In this document: positions 1 through 10,900 of the stretch, piece by piece
Layout: every line of letters begins with the position of its first letter
How positions within the stretch are numbered: position 1 is the first letter of the stretch
Origin: Negaprion brevirostris
Taxonomy: Eukaryota
Direction of reading: 5' to 3'
DNA length: 64,000 nucleotides
NCBI GenBank assembly: GCA_030324005.1
Contig: JARDVH010000073.1
Span: 48,692,133 to 48,756,132, forward strand
The notes under the pieces: generated by a model
Told to the model about the DNA's origin: nothing
What the model saw: only the letters and a program-made list of their open reading frames with translations
Databases searched by the model: none
Translations under genes and position numbers: made by a program

Positions 1-1278
1 ATGCAGTAGATTTTTCTTCTGTCCTTCAGCCTCCATAAATGCAATGGAGCTTTTTTTTTTAGCCCTTCCCTAGCTGTGTATCTTGGGATTAGATTCACTT
101 TATTCAGGTCAGACCTTCTTTGTTTTTTTTTACTTTTCAGGTTTTTCACCTGCTGCCACCATGTTGTACAGTTGATTGGTGTCTCACTAAGTGATTTGGA
201 GGCTTGTGTGGTCAAACATAAACTGTCTATCATTGACCCACAAATATGTACGTAACTCTGAGATATAGCCCGGTCTAGGCATTATCTTCACGTCAACTTC
301 TCTTACACTGTCTGCACAAAGTCTGCCATCATGTGACTCTCCACATCAAAATGTGGGCAGTACTGTTTCCTCTAATCCTTACTAACCCAAGCACCCTTGT
401 ACTACACATCTATAGGAATACCTATTGCTATTCTTGTGCCTCCTGGAGGGCTGACCATGCCCTCTCCACCCCCCAGCTTGTTGTCAGTTGCCTCTATTAG
501 CGGAGGAACCTGAAGGCTGACTGGAAAATTCTGTTGGCCTAATTTATTTGGCCTCAGTTAATGATGCTGATTGGTGGCCCATTGTGCAGAGGTCCTGATC
601 CCTGTTTTGAAGGTGTCCGATAGGTGGGATGGAGCCAAGAAATTGGCACTCCAGCCAGCGGCACAAATGATCAGCCCAACCCGGGCTCCAATCCTGGCCC
701 TAACGGGCTCAAAAGTGTTTCCTGTTGCTATCAGTGAGCATCATTGTATGTGGAAAAACAGAATTACTCTGGATTGATTTTTATCCTCTGTTTGTACAAC
801 CCTGTAGCTGTGTACAAAAGCAATTTCTGCCTGGATTCCCATGCATAGAATCCAATCATGTGTAATGCAGTTAAGTGTAATCAGAGCTATTACCCATAGT
901 TATGAGCAGAATTCAATTCTTATTCCCATCTGCTGCTGTGATAACACGCGGTGGGTCATAGAAAGGTCAGCATGCACACTGATTGGATGCAGTTGCCTTA
1001 AGTTAAAGTGAAATGAGGTGGCTGCGGTGTTAGAAAATGTTTTGAGCCACGTAGGGCATGGTTCTCCACCTTTAAATGATGGTACCCTAATGGTTTCTGT
1101 CAGTGGAGAACAGAAAGGTGCTGGCACTTTAGTGTGTTCTTTGCAGTTTTAACTAATATTAATCAAATGGAAAGTCATGCTGCAAAATAAGCAGAAAAAC
1201 ATATTGAGTGCTAGACTACATAAAATAATTCTATTATGTGCAAATTTTGTTTTACACACTTTGTCAGCTCACGTTCTT

Positions 1279-1722
1279 CACAGTAGTTAACACTGCTGCC
1301 TCACAGCACCAGGGATCTGGGTTTGATTCCTGCCTTGGGTCATTGTCTGTGTGGAGTTTGCACGTTCTCCCCCGTGTCTGAGTGGGTTTCGTCCGAGTGC
1401 TCAGGTTTCCTTCCTCAGTCCAAAAGACATGCTGTTTAGGTGCATTGGCCATGCTAAATTCTCTCTGTTTACCAGATGGCATCTGCCCTAGATTGCTGAG
1501 GGAGATGAGAGATGGAATTGCTGGGCCTCTAACAGAAATCTTTGTTTCTTCATTGGACACAAGTGAGGTCCCAGTGGCTTGAAGGGCCAAAGAGCCTGTT
1601 CCAGTGCTGTATTGTTCTTTTGTTCTTTGAACAGATGCCAGAGTGTGATGACTAAGGGATTTTCACAGTAACTTCATTGCAGTGTAAATATAAGCCTACT
1701 TGAGACACTAATAAATAAACTT
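1279..1722 (+). mobile_element. tRNA-derived V-SINE (HE1-like head, alternative tail) with a nested CR1 fragment at ~1468-1628
   Basis: head 'cactgctgcctcacagcaccaggga...gtggagtttgcacgttctccc'; tail 'ggattttcacagtaacttcattgcagtg...taataaataaac' shared with copies at 6283, 8447 and 27357. Confidence 0.8.
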
Positions 1723-3502
1723 AAAACAGTTCATAAGTTTCTTAATAGTTGCTCATATGTACGTAGAGTGTTATACAGTCATACTCATTACTGTGAGGGC
1801 TTGCCAGGCAGAGAACCAGAATTAAATTGCTATCCATAGAAGCTAATGGTTTATGGATTTGAGAGGATGCCAGACGAAGGCTCTGTATGGATTGGAGTTT
1901 GTGATCAGTTCCTGGAGTTCAATAACCCGATCATTGCTTTGAAGCTCGGTTGGAGGCTGGATTATCCAGTCCCACCCAAGGTAGGTGTGGGAGGGGAAGA
2001 CAATGTGATGAGAGCTCAGAAACTGGTTNNNNNNNNNNNNNNNNNNNNNNNNNNNNNNNNNNNNNNNNNNNNNNNNNNNNNNNNNNNNNNNNNNNNNNNN
2101 NNNNNNNNNNNNNNNNNNNNNNNNNNNNTTCCTGCCAGTGTAAAATGATGACAGGATTGTCTGCTCCAAGCCACCGTGGCAGGTTGCAATTCCCGCTAGA
2201 GGCCAGCGTGAAGTGATTTCCATCCGCCAATGCAGATGAAGGCTTGACCGGAATTGTTCCCACCTACCCCCCATCCCCAACCCTTCGTCCCAAACACCAC
2301 GTCTAGTCATCAGTGCCACCTGCAGAAAATCACACCAGGCCAAAATCTGGACAAAGATGGCAGGTAAATGTGGGTGCTTATCTCAAGAAGGCTTGGTGCA
2401 GTTTGCGGAGAAGAGAAGTTGGAGGCTTCCATTGACTGGACTCTGGGACACCATATGCACCACTCACTAGGTACAGCTTCAACCGCCTGGATCTTCCCCA
2501 TCTTGGACCTGATTATCCTCAGTGCAGCAACTTTTGCCCGAGATCATCCAACCACAGGTGGAAGGTTGCATAAGGTGCTGCTGGATGGTGAGAGTCTATG
2601 AACTGCAAGTTGTCCAGAAGGGCTCTAGGCCAGACCCCTCTGGAGCAGTGTGCCCATCCACATATGGATAAGATTCAGAGAGGAACACCATTTGTGATGC
2701 TCGCTGGTGCCTTTGACACCTTAGCCCCTTCCACCTGCACGCCCCTCCTCTTCCCTGACAGTGCAATCTCAGTGTGGATGGGAGTGAGGGAACCACAGTG
2801 ACCTCACTACATCCCGCGTAGATAGACTGCAGTGGGATCAAGAAGCACCATTTTACCGCAGTTATCTTGTGTTGTGCATGAGATGATACATCTGCATCCT
2901 GCATTGTGGTTCAGTCCTCTGCTGGAGGCCCTGGGCATTGACTATTCTGGAGATTGCTCCCATGCAGGGTTCATATCCCTGCTCGGTTCCTCCCTCCATT
3001 AGCTGGAAAGAGGATAGCCTTCCTGGCCTCCACTTGACTGAGGAGAGCATCCAGGGAGACGTAGCTGAGTTTGGACACCAGAGCTCCATGTCATCGTCTG
3101 GCCATCTCATCAAACAGTGTGATGGGTAAGTTGCTGCCTGGGTGCCTTTTACTTAGGGTGCCCGATATGACAGCAGGGCACATGCCATCCTGCCCACCGC
3201 ACCACGAGATACGTCAGGAAACCCCTGACTACATCATTAATGAGGCTGAGGTCATGTGATTCAGCTCAAATTCCCAGCAGTCTCCATGATGGGAAACACT
3301 CTCCCTCCCTGTCCCTGCTACCGGACTTCATCCCGGAAGGGAAAATTCCACCCAGAGCTTTCCAGATCTACACACAATTCCTGAACCAATGCCAGTTTGT
3401 CTGAAAGGTTCTGGGGGGAAACTCAAAGTGAGAACAAGGTGACTGAATGCACACCTGCCAAATCTGGGTTGAGAAAGGACACTCAAAAAGTCTGCTTATT
3501 CT

Positions 3503-3832
3503 GCATAGAATCCTTGCGGTGCAGAAAGATGCCATTCAGCCCATCGAGTCTGCNNNNNNNNNNACTCTGAAAAAGCATCCCACTCTCCACTCACCTCCAC
3601 TCTAAACCTGTTATCCCACTCATTTACCATGGCTGATCTCTTAATCTACATATCCTTGGACACCAAGCAGCAATTTACCGTGGCCAATCCATCTAACCTA
3701 CACAACTTTCGACTGTGGGAGGAAACCGGAGCACCTGGAGACATAAGGAGAATGTCTCCACACAGATTTGGAATTAAACCCAGGTCCCTGGCACTGTGAG
3801 ACAGCAGTGCTAACCACTGTGCTACTGCGCTG
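3503..3832 (-). mobile_element. HE1-like SINE
   Basis: reverse complement of the copy at 10041-10370 (gactgtgggaggaaaccggagcacc; ctaaccactgtgct). Confidence 0.8.
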
Positions 3833-4051
3833 TCTACAATTCTGGAGAACTTAAGTGCTCAAAGAAATTACAAAAGTGGAAAGNNNNNNNNNNATTTGAA
3901 TGTCAGGAACATAAACAAGCATATTTTAAATTCCTGTGAAGTTAGGTTTGATAGACAAGTGAGATAATGCAGGATCGAACAGGGGCAGCATCTAGTCCCC
4001 ACTCCTAATTGATCCTTCATGGACTTGCATCCATTTTTACTGAACACATAA

Positions 4052-4290
4052 TCATAGAATCTGCTGTGCAGAAGGAGGCCATTTAGCCCATTGAGCCTGC
4101 ACCGACAACAGTCCCACCCTTGTCCTGTCCTAGCCCCATTGCTCCACATATTTACCCTCCTAAACCCTCTGACGTTAAGGGGCAATTTAACGTGGCCAAA
4201 CAACCGAACCCACACATATTTGGACTGTGGAAGGAAACTGGAGCACTCAGAGGAAACCCACACAGAGACAGGGAGAACATGCAAACCCCA
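4052..4290 (-). mobile_element. HE1-like SINE, 5'-truncated
   Basis: catagaatc... tail and ggactgtggaaggaaactggagcactcagaggaaaccc core. Confidence 0.75.
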
Positions 4291-4419
4291 CCCCTGTGAG
4301 GATCTGTGCAACATTTTTCTTCTTTATAAAGATTCATTCAGGTATTAGTTCTGGCTCACAGCACAGTCATCAGATGGCATTTGAGTTTGCATCATTGTAG
4401 GGATGATCCAAACTCAAAA

Positions 4420-4720
4420 TCCTGGCTGACGCTGTCATGCAATACTGAGGTAGTCTGTGGATGATTTGTTGGGTGAACATTACTTGAAGACGAGGGGAAT
4501 TCTCCCTGCATCCTGTTTAGTACCTACCCCTTAACTAATAGCCTGGAAAGATGGAGTACTTGGTTATTGTCACTTTGCTCTTCATGTGGCTTTGCATAGA
4601 TTAAATGCCATGTTTCCTACATTACAACAATTACTACACTTCAAAAAAAGTCCAAAGACGGTGAAGTACTTTGAGATATCTTGAGACTTGAAAGGTGCTT
4701 TAGAAATGTAAGTTTTTTTT
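4420..4720 (+). mobile_element. degenerate DeuSINE (SacSINE1-like)
   Basis: 'gtttcctacattacaacaattactacacttcaaaa...gaaaggtgctttagaaatgtaagt' tail resembling this family. Confidence 0.55.
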
Positions 4721-4893
4721 AATATGTATTGCTTTTGTTGAGTGAGTTATAGCAGTTTAAAGCATAAGGTTTAAAGAAATATCCAGTGGAGAATTGCATC
4801 TTTTTGTTAAAGATCAAATTTTGGCGAGTGTGGTTGGATGTTGATGGATAATTGTTTGCATTACATTGACTAAGATTATTTATTTATTTTAAG

Positions 4894-4989
4894 GGTATAA
4901 TGTTGTAGTACGAATACCTTCAGGAGCAACTAATATTGATGTACGGCAGCACAGCTATTCAGGGAAGCCAGACGATGACAATTACCTTG
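4894..4989 (+). CDS. ADAMTS20: ADAMTS20 exon, spacer domain ([32 protein letters not shown])
   Basis: ttttaag|GG acceptor, CTTG|gtgag donor, 96 nt, phase 1-1; classic ADAMTS spacer motif [12 protein letters not shown]. Confidence 0.95.
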
Positions 4990-7900
4990 GTGAGCATTTT
5001 GAGAAGAATTATTGTGGTTTATTTATTCAATGCTTCCAATTCTGGAATGGGGTATCGTGGCGCATTTTACCTCCTAACAATTCGGCTAATTCCCATTCAC
5101 AAGAATCGTCTATTCACAGACTCCAATCTTGAGGAATGTTCTCTGTATAAACTTCCTTTTCAGCAAAATTTACTTCTTCCTTTGAAATCTGAAATGTGAA
5201 TTCAGTTTCCAAGAGTATTGGATCACCCAAATCTTTATTTTCTGTTCTGCTGAAAAGAAGCTCTGATAGGGTTAAAAAGCTTCACGCTGTCCATGATGTG
5301 CACTGCCTAACATAACACTTTGCCGAGTTCCCAAAGTGTAATCCATGGCATTGTTCTTTTTAAGAAAGGAAAGGCAATATATGCCAGCAACATCCACGTC
5401 CCAGTATATTCAGGCATTCACATGACTATAAGCACACTAACACAAGCAAAATGCAGCAACCAATCAAAGTACAATATGATGAACCAGGTTTTAGAAACTT
5501 TTTATTTATTCATGGGACATGTGCATAGCTGGCTTGTCAACATTTATTGCCCATCCCTAGTTGCCCAAGGGCAGTCAAGAGTCAACCACACTGCTATGGC
5601 TATGGAGTCACATGTAGGCCAGACCAGGTAAGGATGGCAGATTTCCTTCCCTAAAGGACATTAGTGAACCAGATGGATTTTTCTGACAATTGACAATGGT
5701 TTCATGGTCATCAGATTTTTAATTCCAGATATTTCAAATTCCACCATCTGCCATGGGGGGATTTGAACATTGGTCCCCAGAATATTTGTTGAGTTTCTGG
5801 ACTAATAGATTAGAATGATTGGTAAATTTGATTGAGTGAGGGCACCTGGAGAATACTACTGGTTTTCAGATTGAGCCATACAATTTTTATAATTAACATG
5901 GGCAGACAGAGTCAGCCACAAGTCAATGGCTCAGTGGTGTGGTGGAAGCTGGTTCTTTGCATGGCTTTCAGAGGGAGCTGGATTAGGTCTTGCATTATGT
6001 TAAAGGGGTTTCATGGAAAACACTGGGTCCATGATCTCCTGGACTGGTTTCTATCACCTGAGGGGATCAGCAACAATTTTCCACTTTACTTTTTCTCTTA
6101 TTGGCTCTGGGATTTTTAGTCCTCACATTATTTAAGTTTGGAACAAAAGGCCCTGACTGAAAGTTCTGAATTAAAGCAGGCTTGTTTTAAGCAGAACCTT
6201 TCAGGAACATTTAATACATTCGCAGAAATATTCGTCCAGATTTCACATAAACTGGACTGACAATTTGTTTTAAGTTTTTTAAAGTTTATTTATTAGTGTC
6301 ACAAGTAGCCTTACATTAACATTGCAATGAAGTTACTGTGAAAAAGCCCCTAGTTGCCACACCCTGGTGCCCGTTTGGCTTACACTGAGGGAGAATTTAG
6401 CATGGCCAATTCCGGAGGAAACCCATGCAGACATGGGGAGAACATGCAGACTCTGCACAGACAGAGACCCAAGCCAGGAATCAAACCCGGGTCCCTGGTG
6501 CAGTGCTGCTGCAATACTGAAGGAGGCTACACTGTCAGAGGTGCCGCTCTTTAGATGAGATGTTAAATCAAGGCCACATCTGCCTGTTGCAGTGTATCAC
6601 GTGGATATTGAAGATCCTATGGTACCACAGGTGACAGTCAACATTCCTCCCACAGGTAGCTTTGACCACCAGAACACTACATGAATTAGTTTCTCAGCGC
6701 GCTATGAGTATAAAATGCATAAAATGGCTACTGTATTTACCTATATAATTATGGTCACTGCACTTTCCAACCTGATTAGTTGTATGCCAAACACTTTGAG
6801 CTGTTGAAATATGTGGCAAGGACCTCATTCATGACATGGAGGCCTCCACAGTGATGAAAGCTGATCTTTGTACCATTTGAAATCTATCTGCTTCAATACA
6901 ACACTACTTTCCCTAATGGAATATTTCTGATCTGTGTTTAAGCGTTATCTGACAGTCAAGATAATTTCATCCTCAATGGAAATTTCGTGGTGAGCATGTT
7001 TAAACGAGAAATAACAGTGCAGGGAGCCACGATTGAATATAGTGGCTCAGACAGTGACGTGGAGCGCATTAACTGCACTGATCAAATCGAGGAAGAGCTG
7101 ATTTTGCAGGTAGGATTTTTTTTCACAAAACACAATGCTTTCTTAATGAGGAATATTAATTATCTACCTCCTTGTTTCTGAAAAGAACTCCCTCTGCCAA
7201 GACTGCATATCATGAATTTTGTTTTATCAACTATTATGTTAGGATGATTAATTAGTGCTGGTTGTTACCGGCACAGAATCTTCACCTTTGTTGATAATCA
7301 GAGATTGCTTTCTTTTGAATCCTGCTAGGTTTTATCTGTTGGAAATTTGTACAACCCCGACGTGCGTTACTCCTTTAATGTTCCCATAAAGGACCAACTG
7401 GAGCAGTTTGTTTGGGATCTGTATGGTTCGTGGCAAGAGTGCAACAGACTGTGCCAAGGTAAACAGCAACCTGTTACTTCCACTGCATTTAAGTATCTTA
7501 AAAGATAAAACAAAACTTGTAAGTTCAAAGATGTGCAGGTTAGGTAGATTGGCCAATCTAAATTGCCCCTTAGTGTCCAAAGATGTGCAGGTTTGGTAGA
7601 TTGGCCAATCTAAATTGCCCCTTAGTGTCCAAAGATGTGCAGCTTAGCCATGCTAAATAAATAGAGCAATGTGGTCAAGACAGGGGGTGCTGGGTAAAGC
7701 TGCTCTTCCCAAAAGTCGGTGCAGACCTGATGGGCCAAATGGACTCCTCCTGCACTGTAGGAATTCTATGGTTCTAAAGAATTTTTAATATAGAAATAAT
7801 GATTAGCTGATGGTGTCAGAATGGGCTTGCTTTTAGTTCAGTTTACAGCATTTCCATGGGGTTTCCATCAGTCGTTTGTTAGAGTTCTGACACAGGGAAC

Positions 7901-10900
7901 CTCCTGCGAACCCACACTTCATTTTAGAACCTCATGACCTTTCTGCAACATTATCTCATGAAGTCAATTCTTTAAATTTGAACACAGGGCCAGTATATAA
8001 ATATCTTCACTACTAAATTGTACTTCTGACGGTGGGCAAACGAGGAGCTTCCTGGTGACTGATTCTAATGTGGGGGGAAAGCACGCACCTCATTTCCCTA
8101 CAGTGTATCGCCACAGAATTAATTTACCAGATGGTGGTTGTGTATCTCAAAGAGCAGACTTGAAAAGAAATGATCATATTCAGAGAAATGATCATTTTCG
8201 GGGGATAAATAAAAGCATCAGAATTTGCTTTGGGCAGGAATTGGATTCTGTGTAAAACTCGAATGAGTACTGATCAGCTTCGATATCTGCTACAGGGGAA
8301 CGGAGGAGAAAAGCTACCTGTGTGCGGAAAAGTGATCAGTTGGTTGTTTCTGACCAAAGGTGTGAACATTTGCCTCGCCCAGCTGCGGACAGTGAGCCGT
8401 GCAACACAGAGTGTGAACTAAGGTAAAAAGTGGTATTTCAGTTGGTTGCACAGTGGTTAGCACTGCTGGGTCTCAGTGCCAGGGACTGGGATTCAATTCC
8501 TGACTTGGGTCACTGTCAGTACGGAGTTTGCACGCTCTCCCTGTGTCCCTCTGGGCGTTCTGGTTTCCTCTTTCAGTCTGAAAGACACGCTGATGAGGTG
8601 CAATGGCCATGCTAAATTCCCCCTCAATGTACACAAACAGGCACCAGAGTGTGGCAACCAATGGATTTTCATAGTAACTTTGTTGCAGTGTTAATGTAAG
8701 CCTACTTATGACACTAATAAATAATTTCTTAAAACTATAGAATTTTCAACGATTCATTTGTGATTCGTGGGGGTGGNNNNNNNNNNNNNNNNNNNNNNNN
8801 NNNNNNNNNNNNNNNNNNNNNNNNNNNNNNNNNNNNNNNNNNNNNNNNNNNNNNNNNNNNNNNNNNNNNNNNNNNNGATGGGGGGTGTTGGTGGGGAGCG
8901 CGTAGAGGGGAGGCATGGTGGGGGTGGGCTGGATTTTATAGGGCAGGCAGGCAGGGTGGAACAAAGGTGGGTGACATTTTCAGGGCTGCCCAGCAGGGAA
9001 AAAAATAAATAAAAACGGGGAAATAGAAATCCTGGTCTGAACTGATTTTCCTATATGAGCACCCCTCCTCCACAACCCCATCACTGAAAGCATGCCCCAT
9101 TGGAGGCTGTTAAATCCAGCCCAACATTTTTCTTCAAACCGACTGTTGAGTAGGCTACTGGATGGAGTTGTAAATCCGTTGGGGTTAAAGTGTAATTTTA
9201 TCTGATTAAGTGACATTTTGCTGTTGCTTGATTTGCATTCCCAAACATGCACTGGGAGCACATGACAAAATTTCAATGCCCTTTCTCCCCTCTTTGCCTC
9301 CACCTCAAACCACTCCCACATTCCCCAATATCTCTTCACCTTTGGACCAAACATAACCAGGAGTAAAATCTCAACTTAGTCATTAGCTGATGCAGGTCCA
9401 CACTGTGAAAGAAACCTTAAGCTTGCATTCAGTGCACTCGATCACTCTGGGAATATGTTGATGTGCAGCAAGAAGGAAATGTTGCTCAGATGCATTACGG
9501 ATCCTGAAACCCATGTCTTGCCCAAGGAACAGAGTTGGCTGGCAGTGGAACACTATGGATGGGAGGGGCACCTGGTGTAATTTTCATTTGGGCCTGGAGT
9601 TTGCTGAGTCCAAAAAAAGGTTCAGGATGTGATTTTGGGACAGGTATGTTGGCTGCTCGCATTGGTAGCACCCCTACCTCTGAGCTAGAAGCTCCAGGTA
9701 TGAGTCCCACACCAAGACTCAATGACCAAGGAATATGCGTTCATAACACGACCCAAGCAGATTGAATATGTCAACCTGTATGTCCTTCCAAACATGCTAA
9801 TGGCTGGCAGTAAGAATTAGAGAGACTCCTGATCAATCATGCTTGATGGGGATTGATGGCCCCTCAAGCTACAAGTCCCTGACGACAGACTGTTGACTTG
9901 TTCCAGGAATTACTCACGACGGAAACGGACAAAGTCTGCCTTAGTGCATCTTGAATATTGATCACTCCACCACGCCCCCCCAACCGCCAACCACTGGCTC
10001 ATTTTGAGCAGGTTTTGTAAATCTCCCTGGCTGTGCTGTAGGGCAGCACGGTAGCACTGCTGCTTTACAGCTCCAGGGACCTGGGTTCGATTCCCTGCTT
10101 GGGTCACTGTCTGTGTGGAGTTTGCACATTCTCCTCATGTCTGTGTGGGTTTCCTCTGGGTGCTCTGGTTTCCTCTCTTAGTCCAAAGATGTGCGGGTTA
10201 GGTTGATTGGCCATGTTTAAATTGCCCCTTAGTGTCCTGAGATGTGGAGGTTAGAGAGATTAGCGGGTAAAATATGGAGGGATATGGGGGTAGGGCCTGG
10301 GTGGGATTGAGGTTGGTGGAGACCTGATGGGCCGAATGGCCTCTCTCTGTACTGGAGGGTTTCTATGATTAATGAAAAGAGAAAATGCTGGAAAATCTCA
10401 GCAGGTCTGGCAGCATCTGTCAGGAGAGAAAAGAGCTGACATTTCAAGTCCGGATGACCCACTGTCAAAGCTGATGTTTGGTTTGCTGACTGCCTCAATC
10501 AGTGCATCCTCTGAGAAGAGGATTTGACACGTGTGTGTGTATGTTTCGATGTATATTTAAATGCTACTGCAATGTAACCATTGTCGAGCTTTGAGGAGAT
10601 TCTGAGAAAGAGATTTTCAAATTCCGAAGCCCCTGAAGAAGGTAACGTGAGCAGTCTGCCGCAGGGACTCGCGCCAGCCGTTGTGTGTCTCTCCCCCTGT
10701 GGTAACTCGCTCAATTATAGCAGGAGTGAGTCCTCCCGAGGTAGGGTGAGAAAACCCACTCGATATGAGATGCGATCAGACTTGCACGTTGCAGGGAAGA
10801 TTGAAAAAACAAGTAGAAGTCGCTGAGTTCTCTCACCTGACTCCTTCACCTTTCTTTCTGGAGCCGAAAGATTATTTTCACATTCTTTGCGAGACAAGCC

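Noticed and set aside
121-175. Strong acceptor (ttttcag at 140) followed by a perfect Kozak GCCACCATG
   Set aside because: The ATG frame closes after four codons (MLYS*) and no frame resembles ADAMTS sequence; treated as chance.
1843-3130. Several overlapping ORFs in a GC-richer block
   Set aside because: No coherent protein; looks like a decayed LINE plus MITE fragments, but the family could not be assigned with confidence.
7526-7642. Direct repeats that could suggest a CRISPR-like array
   Set aside because: Contiguous tandem units inside a SINE with no spacers, in a vertebrate context.
10041-10100. tRNA-like A/B boxes here and at other SINE heads
   Set aside because: They are SINE heads continuing into SINE bodies, not tRNA genes.
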